Source of the DNA: Antedon mediterranea | Lineage: Eukaryota; Animalia; Echinodermata | Assembly (NCBI RefSeq): GCF_964355755.1 | Contig: NC_092673.1 | Location: forward strand, 30,005,648 to 30,069,647 | Reading direction: 5' to 3' | DNA: 64,000 bases | Part shown: piece by piece, positions 1-11,700 of the stretch | How the letters are laid out: every line of letters starts with the position of its first letter | How positions within the stretch are numbered: the first letter of the stretch is position 1 | Translations under genes and position numbers: made by a program | The notes under the pieces: generated by a model | What the model saw: the letters and a program-made list of their open reading frames with translations, nothing else | Told to the model about the DNA's origin: nothing | Database searches by the model: none

Positions 1-3000
1 CAACCAGATCAACATCTTTAACATCTAACAGTCCATTCAACATCACTAGAACACCAAATCCCCTAACCCCAATCTGTCGTAATTCTGAGTGCGAATCCTG
101 TTGGATTTCGCATAATATAGTGATGATGTCATCCTTCATTGACACGGCCGGATGACTAACATCAGTTGTCAGACATGTATCCATGGTAACAGACAGAAGA
201 CCAATGATAACATCTATAATTTTCAGTTTAGTTGTTGCCTGGAAAAGAGTTGCATGATTTTGTCACAATGCTTTATAGGTAGTAAAGCAGGTTGCTTCAC
301 AACAATAATAATATCCTGGATTTATATAGCGCCTAATGTTGTGAAACCTCTAAGCTCTGAACATTACCACCCTGGTCCTTTTTGCATCTAACATGTATGT
401 CTTGATCTAACCAGGTACCCATTTATACACCTGGGTGGAGAGAGGCAAACGTAAGTAAATTATCTTGCCCGAGGATACAAACAATGCGGCAAAGTTGGAT
501 TCGAACCGCGATCTAACAATCAATAGTCCAACGTCCAACACAATACTTGTGCCCACTTTACCTGTGAACTAAGCCGGTATTGCTCCAACAGTTGAGGTAT
601 AATAGTTTGTACAACCTTACAACATGCAGGGTCGGAAGCACCAGCTACTGCTCGTAAAAGAGCACAACATGGTTGAATTAGCCTCAGTTCAGGTTCTTGT
701 ATGAACTGCTTGCACTCTGGGAATCAAATATGCAATATGTTATACAAGTTATGTGTCATAAACCACTCTACCTTTTATTTATTTATTATTTTTTGTTTAT
801 TTATTTATTTTTTCAATTATTGTTTCTTTTTTTTGTAAATGGTGGTCTCTGCTTAAAGTCTATTGTTAGACCTATTTTGACCACCATCCACATTTATACT
901 TAATTAATTAACTAACTATAAAGAAATATTTTATATATTATTATTTGTGGAAATCAATAAACAACAAACAAGAAAACAAACAAGTTAGTTATTCAATGGT
1001 CGAACAAATCTTCACTGTCAAATGGGAAACAAATATATGCAGTTATATACATATATATTTGTTAACAACTTGCTTCATTATCCAATGGGTTATTTTATCA
1101 TATTATACCTCTGATTATGGTATCTAGCGAACTGTCAAGCGAGGCAGTTGATGAGTTATCAAATATCCCTGATGAATAATTCTTGACAACATGATGGAGG
1201 GACTCGAGTGCAGCCATCTCTATATCTTTGTTTACTGCTTGAAATACCTGCATTGAAATATATCAAATTATCAATCGAACGATCAATCAATCGTTTCATT
1301 TTTATTTTATTTTAACGATCATTCTAAGTTTTTAGCAGTTACATACATTTTGTCAAAACCTACAAGATATGTGAAATTGCAGTTTGATTATTCAGACACC
1401 AAGTAACATATATAATACTGTACTAATAATCAATATCTATTAGCCAGACAAAATTGGTACGTACGTAAGTATCACAAAACATAGGCAAGGGAAGAGGGAA
1501 AGCGTTCAGCCTAGGCACACCCGACGATGACAGGCTGACACCAAAAATGGCTCTTTATGGAGACAATAGCAATGGACATAACACCCTGTAAAGGACTTGT
1601 TGTACTCTACCTCTCTCCTACATGCTGACCATATAGCCTCCATGTAACCAGAAAATGACAAAGCATCATATGATTTAGCACAAGCTGTAAGTGTCTGGAA
1701 AGAGTCTAGTTTAGCACTTGGTATATCCGATGAAACTTTCTCCATTAACATTGGTAGACAAAACTGTACAGAAGAAATTCAAATTTATTAACATTCACCT
1801 TAACATCAAGGTATGGTTAAAAACAACATTTACAAAAATAAACAAAGATATAAAAGAAAAACCAATAATAAAAAAGTGACATCAGTTAATACAAAATATA
1901 ATTTATATTAGCTATTTTCATGATAACTTAATAAAAATGTAATTCTTTATTGACCATTACCGTATGTTACAGTATTGTCATAGAAACCAAATAACAAACG
2001 CACAGAACAAAAACAAAATAAAAATGTTTACGCAAAAAAAAAATATATATACAAACATCAGTGCAAGTGAGTGTACTTGGACAAAGTAGATAGTATAAGT
2101 AGACAAGCGCTGCCTTAAGCGTGGTTCCCACTAGTGACGCAACACAAGGACGTAACGCAACGCAAGTGAATTGACCAATCACAAGCGATGGCTTATTCGC
2201 TTGTGATTGCTAACTGTCTATAACTTCGCTTGTCATTGGTTAAAACGCTTGCGTTGCGTTTATGTCCTTGCGTTACGTTCTAGTGGGAACCAAGCTTTAG
2301 TGAACTTCAATAAAAGAAATAAAGCTGATGAAGGGCTAGTGTTGCCCGAAAGCTCTGCTAACTTTTCTGGCTCTTTACTTTATCGTTTTGATTTAGCTTT
2401 TCGCTTTTTTTTTGTATCTCCATTGAGATCCAGCAACTGATACCCACAGCATTGTCATTTTTTCAGTAATTTGCCTTTGGATTTATACACAAACGTATAA
2501 ATACAAAAGTTAGGTAGCACCTTTGAAGCTATTTTTTTTATTTTTGAGGAGTTGACTCACCTGAGCAAACTTTGATGTTGCGGACAAACATTTTCGTAAA
2601 CCGAGGATGAGCTCTTGAGTGGTAACCCCATGTGGATCGTTTGGGTGCGGGGCAAAGTCAATTGGAAAATAACAGGAGGTAACCTCAAACAGTTCCTCAC
2701 AAAAACGTTCTAAAGGATAATATACAATACAGGGTAAGGTATAAGATTTCTGCTTATCTCGTGATGTGAGTTATAGCCTACATTTTCTTCTTTTTTTATC
2801 AGAAGAAATAATTGTAATTAAATTCTTACCAAATTGAAAGTTCTGAATGATTATGGGGATACATCGAAAAACAATCATCAAATTTCTCGGGTCTTTCTCT
2901 CCATCCATTGCTTGCATATAACCATAAACAAAATCATTACCTAACTTTTTTAATTCTGAAAGAAACAAAATTAATATAAAACATAATTATGTAAAAAAGA

Positions 3001-5199
3001 ATGTTCATAAAAAAAAGATTGCTTTTAGCTTCGGGATAGAATGAGGCTGAAAGCTGGCAATCTTTCATATTGTATACGACTTTTGTATTTTCAAAGTTGT
3101 ATGCGATAGGGAGCTTGGTTTGTGTTTACTAAAAAGTATGAACTAATTTCATTATTTTTCGTTGTCATTAATGAATCCAATATCAACTTTACCAGTAAGT
3201 CTGGTGTCCAGAAATCTTGCAATGATGTTAAATACTGACCGACGGTCAACCTGCATTAGCGTTTGGACATGCACTTCTTTTAAAATGGCCTGTACAATTA
3301 ACACTTCATCACCATTTGCAAGATACTTACAGTCACTCTAATTAAGAAAACAAAAAGATTATGAAAAATTATCCAATGAGGAAAACTATTGATATAATAC
3401 GGGTCAATTGCTATTAATAGAAGATGGCTAAATTGCTATTAATAGAAGATGGCTAAATTGCTATTAATAGAATATGGATCATTTGCTATTAATAGAATAT
3501 GGGTCAATTGCTATTAATAGAATATTGGTCATTTGCTATTAATAGAATATGGGTCTTCGATTTCTTCACACAGCTAAATATAGAATTGTACTAAATATTT
3601 GTGACAAAGTGACAGAAGATAAATAATAGATACAAAAAATTTTAACTTTTATGAATCCTCTTTATCTCACCAGAGCTAGCAAGCCCAATAATGCATGTGG
3701 AGTGACTGAATGATGATCCTTTAGCCTATCACAATAGAATGCCACAAGATGACCAACTACAAAAAATAATATTTATAAATTGCACAGTATACTTGTGTGG
3801 GTATCACCCACATTAACAATCTCTTTTTTTTTCAATCAGGGATTTGCACAAATTAATAGATTTAAAAGGTATTATATATTTGCACAATTCTTATAACTTA
3901 ATGCACTTGTCAATTGTATGACCCACTATACGACCCCCGGGAGAGGTGCGTCATGGGTGCGTCATTTACAAATAATTACTGACGCAGGGGTGCGTCAAAA
4001 AACCTAGATGGTACGTCACATCAATGAAAAAGGTGTGTCAATGTCCGTCACTTTATTACCACCCACCATATCATAAACAACATGGCCACAGTGCGTCAAA
4101 ATGGGTGCGTCATTGTCACCTAAAGGTAAGTCACCTTTTTGACGCACGGGTGCGTCATGGTATTCAAAAGTATGACGCACATCTGACAAATGACGCACCT
4201 CTCCCGGGGGTCGTATAGTGGGTCATGCAATTGACAAGTGCATAAATCATAGAAATATTTTTATATTGAACCTAAATAGGCACCAGCCTGAACTATCTCC
4301 ATCAAGTATTAAGTGTAAACATTGTTCAGCCGTTTAATTAAAATCAATATGGACAATAATGAATTAATATACCTTCAGGAGTTGAAAATTTGTCATTGGG
4401 AATATTGTGCAATACTTCTGATAGGAATCTAGTAGCTCTTGCTCTGATGTCATGATCAGTGCTCAACAAATGTTGACTGAAGATAAAACCATATAAATGA
4501 AAACAATTAATGTAACTATATGATATGGATTTAAAAAAAAAAAATGTTTTATGTATATTTTAATTAACAACTCCATTGTTTAATCTCTAAATTAAAAAAA
4601 AAAGACAAATATCACTTCTTACCCCAGATATTCAATAAGAGTCAGTAATTTAATGTCATCGTTGTTTACACCTGAAACATACAAATATATAATACTGTAT
4701 ATTAATATTATTAATACATAATAATCAATACATGATGATGTGATGATCATCACAAAAAAAATAATTATAGGCCTATAATCATATCATAATGAGATATTAT
4801 TATTAAATTATATTTATCAACATGAATTGAAAGAAATATATGATAATCATTCACATAATATTTACATCCTGCATTATTATACATATCTCTGCATAACAAA
4901 AACCTCTAAGCCTAGGCCGCATTGCTTCTCTACTATCTAGGCTAGTCCATGCAGTTCAAGTTTGTTCCCAGCGGTGACAGTGTGTCATGATGTAGCTTGA
5001 TTGGCTAAGTAACGTCGGGGATAACGTTCTTGTGGGCCTAGGCCTACTAAAAGCTATTTAAAATTCAAAAGATTATACATTTATTAAAACTTAACCGTAA
5101 CAAATAATTAAACATACCATTAGTTATAGTTAAAAGAGCACTTTCCTGATTTCCCCAAACATAATCTTCAATACTTGCCTGCCACACGGGCGCAGCCAT
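1..5199 (-). CDS. MMS19: MMS19 nucleotide excision repair / cytosolic iron-sulfur assembly component (5' portion, 11 exons; gene continues beyond the left edge)
   Basis: Spliced ORF reconstructed with GT-AG introns and consistent phases: exons 5118-5199, 4623-4671, 4373-4476, 3671-3756, 3193-3337, 2830-2955, 2561-2709, 1611-1763, 1109-1247, 562-716, <1-238. The translation starts MAAPVWQASIEDYV and contains the MMS19 N-terminal signatures FYCDRLKDHH, MDGEKDPRNL, EELFEVTSCYFPIDF and LMEKVSSDIPSAKLDS. Confidence 0.96.
301..541 (-). mobile_element. tRNA-derived SINE, family A (CORE-like central domain, L2-like tail)
   Basis: Reverse strand has B-box GGTTCGAATCC, central GGCAAGATAATTTACTTACGTTTGCCTCTCTCCACCCAGGTGTATAAATGGGTACC and tail GCGCTATATAAAT...TATTATT. 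Homologous to the copies at 11502 and 62648. Confidence 0.8.
2118..2296. mobile_element. PIF/Harbinger-type (Tourist-like) MITE, near-palindromic
   Basis: TIRs AGCGTGGTTCCCACTAG / CTAGTGGGAACCAAGCT, flanked by TTA at 2115-2117 and 2297-2299. Confidence 0.85.
2321..2487 (+). mobile_element. Penelope-like terminal-repeat remnant with a degenerate minimal hammerhead motif
   Basis: CTGATGA-A-GGGC(TAGTGTT)GCCC-GAAA-GC-TC at 2325-2355. The downstream ~90 bp recurs almost identically at ~31184-31274. Confidence 0.55.
3402..3555. repeat. 25-bp tandem repeat, ~6 copies
   Basis: Unit ATTGCTATTAATAGAAGATGGCTAA and variants. Confidence 0.9.
3902..4242. mobile_element. MITE with ~50-bp TIRs and TAA target duplication (PIF/Harbinger-like)
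   Basis: TGCACTTGTCAATTGTATGACCCACTATACGACCCCCGGGAGAGGTGCGTCA with a near-perfect reverse complement at the right end. TAA at 3899-3901 and 4243-4245. Confidence 0.9.
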
Positions 5200-5548
5200 T
5201 TTGTTTAAATTACAGGCTCAAAATTACAATAATATACATTTTAACAGTCTGTATATAGTAAAATTACATTTTTATTTCAGTACATTATAAAATATTTTAT
5301 CTGTATTGTACATATTTATTATGTTTATATTAAATTTAATTCATTATATTTTGACAACAATTGAATACGCATTTAATAAAAACATTTTGGTGTCGTCATT
5401 CCGTGTCCTAATGAACTGTTTTGGTAGCAGAAAAATACAAATAGATTTAATCAATAGGCCTACTAGCCTAGCCCCAATACTATATGTAAAGAAGAAAAAA
5501 GTAACATCTTGATTGCTGGGATAACGGGGAGAAAACACCCATTTCAAG
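5200..5548. promoter_or_regulatory. Bidirectional promoter / 5' UTRs shared by MMS19 and UBTD
   Basis: Only ~350 bp separate the two divergent ATGs. A YY1-like AAAATGGCTG overlaps the MMS19 start codon (- strand). TAGGCCTA palindrome at 5455. Confidence 0.75.
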
Positions 5549-8500
5549 ATGGGTGGCTGTTTCAGCTCATCAAACGATGCAGGGAATGGTCGAGGTGAAT
5601 CTTCAGATGGAACCGTTGGTTCGAGTAAGATTTTCCACGGAGGGCCTGGAGAGACCCGCAGTGCAGTGAAATCCAACTGTGTCTGTTGTGTGATTTGGTG
5701 GTGAAATAACAATGGCATTCATTTAGTTGGGCCTAGGTCTTTAAATTGAATGTTAATATTAAAGCATATATTACACATGAATGTGTAGAACAACTGGATA
5801 AAATTCCTATTAATATTATTGCATGTTCAGCATCAATCAGAAATATTGTTTTTTATATTATTAGTGACAGTACTCATTTTTTTTTATTATATAAACTTGA
5901 TTAAACATATTATTATTACTGATTGAGTGTGAGGTTACATAATTATGTTGTTGAGTATGTTGTTAAGTGGTGTGACCCCCTCTTCCTTCTGTGTATTTAC
6001 TAACATCAATGTTTGCACTTATATTATAATGTTTTTATATCATTTTACATGCATTGTTTGTCTCGCAATATTTTTCATTTAATATAATATTGTTGATAAT
6101 AATAGTTTAAATAAAGAGCTTTTGATTTGCTAGGAACTAGTTATGTCATGTTTAATTCATTGTGCGCATTCAGGGACATTGAGAGGTGGTCCCTCGCTCG
6201 AATCTGTGACAAAGTTTTTGCAGATTCTAATACAAATTCAAAACAATCCGAGCAAGCGAGTGGCTGAGCGGTTAAAAAAAATCGGCAAGGGTTAAAGCCT
6301 TACTCGCTTCATGATTCTAGTGATATGAATAGAGTCTTCTTAGATAAGGACTATAAACCATAAGTCCAGTGTACACATCTGGTTCATGTGCACTTTAAAG
6401 AACCTAGTACATCTTTCGTGACAAGTAGGGGGTTACCCCGGTGTACTAGTTCACACACAGCCACTGTTGCAAATCACTGAACCATAACTGGACCCTCTGG
6501 GAGAATAGTCTTTGACTGAAGAGGTCACCCAGTATAAAGAATAAAAAATAATAATCCGTATACTGTCATATGTCGTTGCAAATTAAAAGCTCTCTTATAA
6601 TCTTGACAAAATTACATTTAAAAGCATAGATATACATATATTTCATATTTTAATGGAAATTTTCTACCATCCGTTCGCCACATAACAACAATGAACTTAA
6701 TAAAAATTTCATAACATTAAGTTAATTACAATAACATTCAATTTCATGTAATTGGATTCTGTAAGTAAATGCAGTAATAATTTACTTAATTAAAACTATG
6801 TACTGGGAGGTGTATAGAACCAATGGAAGATGATATATATATTTATATAAAACATAAATAAATTCCTGACATTGGATGATTGTGGGTCACGTGATGTGTA
6901 GTAGTACGCACCATTGAACGGTCGTTTAATGCTACTTTTTTTAGCATATGGGAACAAAAATGTTACACAGACGAAAACAAATTTACAAAAATTACTGTGA
7001 TTCATAACATAAAATACAACAGCGCCGCTATTTTGTTAACAATAACAAACATCTTTTATTGTGATTCAATCAATCTGATTCAAATGAAGGAATATATTTA
7101 GATGTTATATAAAACAAATAATGAATGTTTTATATTCGTATAATGGTACAAATATAATGGCATTGGTGAATGATAAAAGGTTATATTATGTCAATCTCCT
7201 CATGCCATTATTTGTACCATTACACTCATAAACATTCATTATTTGTACCATTACACTCATAAACATTCATTATTTGTACCATTACACTCATAAACATTCA
7301 TTATTTGTACCATTACACTCATAAACATTCATTATTTGTATAATATTTAATTCTAATTACGTATTACTGTACTTTAACCCTTTTCAAGTTTAAATGTAAA
7401 TATTACTTCATAAATATTTTTTCCATCAAGTGCCTATAGGACGAAATCAACCATTAAAGAAAGAAAGCCCTAAGTGGAAAAGTGATGTACCCCTCACAAG
7501 TGGACAGTTAAGGAGTAAACGTGATGAATTCTGGGAAACTGCACCATGCTACGAAGGCAGGAAAGAAATATGGGATGCTCTGTTAGGAGCAGCAACCGCT
7601 CTGGAAACAAATGATTTTGATTTGGCACAAGCTATTGTTGATGGAGCAAGTATAACATGTCCTAGTGGTAAGTTACCCACTACTTGTACATATTTTTACG
7701 TTCTCGGAAATATGCATAATACAGTAAATACAGTCATGAGATCGTGTCAGGTTCAAGACTCTCTTTCATACTGTAGTTAAAAGTTGTGGTTATGATGCTT
7801 GGCTACCACTGCAAGGGTCCTGGGTTCAAGTCCCGTCACATGTCAGGATTTTTTCTAAGGAAAAAAATAGAATCCACTCCCAAAGTCTTGTAATAAGACT
7901 TTTTTGTAGAGCATCTTTTGTATATGTTTGTCTTGTGAACCTATGAGGGTCCCTAATGATCAGCAATTGCTGGATGGATCACCCTCAATAAATATGGTAA
8001 AAAAAAAAATTTTAAAAATCGGATAAAACAGCAGACTAGTGTATATACAGTATGAAATTGCATTTTATACAACCCAGCACATCTCTTGTGAGGGAGTTAT
8101 CAAAGTGTGGATAATGACGGTAAAAATGGGTAAAATTAGTGGTTTAAGTCCATGTCCAATGTCACGAATTAACACATACAGTAGTTTTAGCAGAGATTAT
8201 ACTGGATGCTATACCCATTGTTACAGGGGTCCTACCTTTAAATCTAGTTGTCAGTGTTATTGCAAACCCTGTTGCGAACGGTTCTTTTTCTAGGAACCAG
8301 TACGAATATTGAGCCCCCTCTCTGGCATGATCTTTTTCTTGTCGTCTTGGTTGTTCAAGTCCAAGGCTTATGCCATACAATTTTGATTAAACTATTATTT
8401 ATCTATTTTTTCAACTTTATTACAAGGGTAGCTCCAACAGGCTACACTACAGCTGACTTGGCTCTCTACAGAAAATAGAACTTGAAATATAAAATTTACA

Positions 8501-10015
8501 TTAAAACATCAATTTACATAAACATTTTCTTTTTTTGTCTTATGTAGGTTCAACCCACTTTTATTTCCTCATCAGTAAAAAAATGTTCATTTACAATATT
8601 AAAAATATATAAAATTCAAATATTAAAATTATTAAGTTAATATTCATGCAAAATAAAATATATATATGTAAAATATAATCATTAAAAATAAATGCGTATC
8701 TTTGAGAATGTGTTCAGCATCACTTCCCAAAAAGTTAGTTTGGTATATTTTAACAATTGAATATTATACTAAAAAGTAATACAAAAAAGTTATATTAAAG
8801 TTTAATAAACTTTAATTTAAAATATTAATCAAGTACAGTGCATATATTATTAGTTATTACCTTATATAGTAAGTAAACTTATGAGGTGCAAACTTAATTC
8901 TTTAAACTCTATAAATCAACCTTAAATCAATCAGTCTTAATATAAACCAGTAAGGTGAAATTATACAATAAATTCGAAACATTCAGTTTAACCATAAAAC
9001 TATTTTATTCTAATGTCCTTGTAAACTTTATATTGTATAAAAAAAATCATGACATAGATTTAGCATGATTTAATGGTTATAATTATTTTATCTAGAATTA
9101 CAGAATGTTTTAGTTTTACGTTGTTATTTATACACACTACACTAATTAACAAAATTTGTAAACATTTTGAGGTTTAGTTTAAAATGATTAAAAGTATCAA
9201 TTTTTATAATAAATCCCTCAGATTTATCACACTTTGATTGACGTGGTTCCTTAAGGAATTATTTGGCAGAAATTAGAATCTGTTCACAATTTAACAAAGT
9301 GTCTTTGTGGTTAATAAGAATACTAGCTCAACCTTGGTACCAGTGGTAGTTGAAATGGACATGGTCAGTTTTATATGACCCTGGACATTCATTTCAACTT
9401 ATGCACGTTTTTCAGTCCACTGGGATCTGCTGAATAACACTGAATAGATTGTTTATTTCAAAATGGATTACAAAAATAATTTTTATATCAACTGCATTTC
9501 TGCACAATTTTTTTTTTTTGGCAGTCAATTCAAACGAATAAAACAGAGGCGAACTTCAACCGTACACACTATTTCCCACCCAATGGTATAAAATAATAAA
9601 TAATATATATATATATTTTTTTTCAGGATCACTAACAGACTGTTACGACGAGTTAGGTAATCGCTATATACTACCTGTATACTGCTTAAGCCCACCTATC
9701 AATATGGTAGATGACAATAGTGAATCGGACGCAACAGGGGCAGAATGCGACCCTGAAGGTGGCGTGGAGGCCATTCTTAAATTAAGACTTTCACTCGGTA
9801 AAGAAATCAAACTAAGTGTACGTTCCACTGATACAGTTTTACACGTGAAACGTCGCCTACAGCAAACCGAGGGCATTGACCCCCATCATCAGCGATGGTT
9901 TTACTCCGGTAAACTTCTCACGGACAAGATAAAAATCGAGGAGATTAAGATTCCTAAGGGTTTTATAATACAAGTTATTGTTTCGCAGGCTAATCCAACA
10001 CCGGTTGATGCTTAA
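5549..10015 (+). CDS. UBTD1: Ubiquitin domain-containing protein (UBTD1/UBTD2, DC-UbP family), 3 coding exons
   Basis: Exons 5549-5624 (MGGCFSSS..., donor GTAAGA), 7431-7667 ([16 protein letters not shown]...[25 protein letters not shown], donor GTAAGT) and 9627-10015 ([21 protein letters not shown]...ubiquitin-like domain [13 protein letters not shown], stop TAA). All junctions are phase 1. N-terminal MGGC myristoylation/palmitoylation-type motif. Probably co-orthologous to vertebrate UBTD1 and UBTD2. Confidence 0.95.
6250..6555 (+). mobile_element. SINE with Deu-domain-like core
   Basis: A-box-like GTGGCTGAGCGGTTAA head. Central GATAAGGACTATAAACC...GCACTTTAAAGAACC...AAGTAGGGGGTTACCCCGGTGT resembles the conserved DeuSINE domain. 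A-rich tail. Confidence 0.7.
7105..7345. mobile_element. Foldback element with internal 31-bp tandem repeat (4 copies)
   Basis: AACAAATAATGAATGTTT...TAATGGTACAAATA...ATGGCAT on the left is the inverse of ATGCCATTATTTGTACCATTACACTCATAAACATTCATTATTTGTT on the right. The 31-bp unit is repeated over 7206-7339. Confidence 0.7.
7772..7995 (+). mobile_element. Degenerate tRNA-derived SINE
   Basis: B-box GGGTTCAAGTCCC at 7821, tRNA-like head, ends in AATAAAT plus an A-run. Confidence 0.45.
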
Positions 10016-11105
10016 CGTTGGCTTGTAGATCGAACACGACATCCAACGACCAAATCCCTTGAAAATACATACGTTTCATAAAAGTGCTTTTATAATTTTC
10101 ATTCAAACAGCAAGGTTTTTGTGCCAGGTTTGCCCATCACATGTGTGACAGACAAGCGAGCTAACTGCCATAGTAGAATTAATTTTCACCAGCACAAATT
10201 ATCTTTATTCTTTGTATTTCTTGGAAATGAACTCCATGAAACTGAAACTTTTTTAAGGTCATCCCACAATTATTTTCCTACTTTTTAAAATGAATTCTAG
10301 AAGCCAGATTTTCCAGGACATTTATGACAAGCCCAAGTTGGATTTTATAGAGAATGAACATGGAGATGTTATTGTATAGATACAACTTAGTAGCAAAGTT
10401 TAGTGGAAGCTGCAGGTATGAGTGAAGGCTTCTCAGCTCTCGGGGAAGGTATAACCGAGTCTGAACTGCTTCTTGTCTAGCGGTGGCCACCACCTCAGCA
10501 AAAACTAATTAAAGCCTGGATCCAGCCCAGATGTTATATTTGTAAAGGATTCCCTTTCTTGGACACAAAAATATATAAAAACAATATAAAATAAATTTTA
10601 GTTATTTTTTGTATGTTATTCGGTAATATTTGAGATAAATGTAAGCATTCAAAATTGCATAGATGCAAGTTTTTTGAATAAAAAAGAATATGGGGAATTA
10701 GTACTGAATTTTCTACTATTTATCCTATTTTATAAATTCCAAAATGACTAGGGATTTTATTATAAATATATATATATATATATTTTAATGTAATAATTTC
10801 TATAAAATAGGGAAGAACAATCAAAGCAGAAATTGGGGTTGGGCCCGAAATCGTTTGTCTATATAGTATTTCTGTGATTGTTTATTTTATGTACTCGTTT
10901 TAGAGGTAAATTTAGTTACTTTTACATGTTTTGAAAACATAAAATGGATTTGATGTTAAATGTATAATGCAATGTAAAGTGAAAAAAAAAATAAACTATA
11001 ATATTAATTTCTGTATGATATGTATGTACTGTACTAATTATTTGGAATACTTGCATTGCAGAAGCTTTCCTCCAACCTGCTTAATAAAGATTTGGGGACA
11101 AGTTA

Positions 11106-11278
11106 AGCTCTGTCTACACTATCAAACTTTATGTGACACAATGTGACATGCCCATATATGGACATGATGTCATATCACTACCATATTTGTGCATATCACT
11201 ATCATATTTGGGCATGTCACTACAATATTTGTGCACATCGCACTTTTTTGTAAAAATAGTTTGATAGTGTAGACAGCT
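11106..11278. mobile_element. PIF/Harbinger-type MITE family B, copy 1
   Basis: TIR AGCTCTGTCTACACTATCAAACT / AGTTTGATAGTGTAGACAGCT, TTA TSD. Internal ATCACTACCATATTTG repeats are shared with the copies at 14811, 30409 and ~38220. Confidence 0.85.
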
Positions 11279-11501
11279 TTAGGAAAATGGATGATGAAAT
11301 TTTTTTTTTGAATAAGCTATAGTAAATTGGAGTATTTACTCATGACCTCTGACCTCTATCAGAGAAGCAGCCTGGTCGTCCTCCCTCACTCTATTCTGCG
11401 ACAGAGAAACATTAATACCATCATGATAAATGCATGAATGATTTTTTTGCATTTATATTCAGTTCAGTGTGAGATAAAACATGATAGTGGAGAATTAGCA
11501 A

Positions 11502-11700
11502 GGGTGTGTGGCGCAGTGTGTTGTACTACTGATCGTGAGATCGTGGTTCGAATCCCACTCTTGCCGCATTGCTTGTATTCATAGGCAAGATACTTTACTT
11601 ACGTTTGCCTCTCTCCACCCAGGTGTATAAATTGGTAACCGGTTAGATCAACACAACTTTGCGCTGATTACTAGCTGCATTATGGAAGTATGTTTCCATC
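11502..11700 (+). mobile_element. tRNA-derived SINE family A
   Basis: A-box TGGCGCAGTGTG, B-box GGTTCGAATCC, CORE-like CTCTCCACCCAGGTGTATAAA. Confidence 0.8.

Noticed and set aside
5344-5718. 124-aa ORF on the - strand
   Set aside because: Antisense to UBTD exon 1 across the promoter; no recognisable domain.
10724-10811. Hairpin in the UBTD 3' UTR (CCTATTTTATA/TATAAAATAGG)
   Set aside because: Almost entirely A/T around an (AT)n tract; plausible by chance.
11502-11565. tRNA gene (also at ~7790, ~27100, ~62650)
   Set aside because: A/B boxes are present but there is no complete cloverleaf, and each continues into a SINE body.
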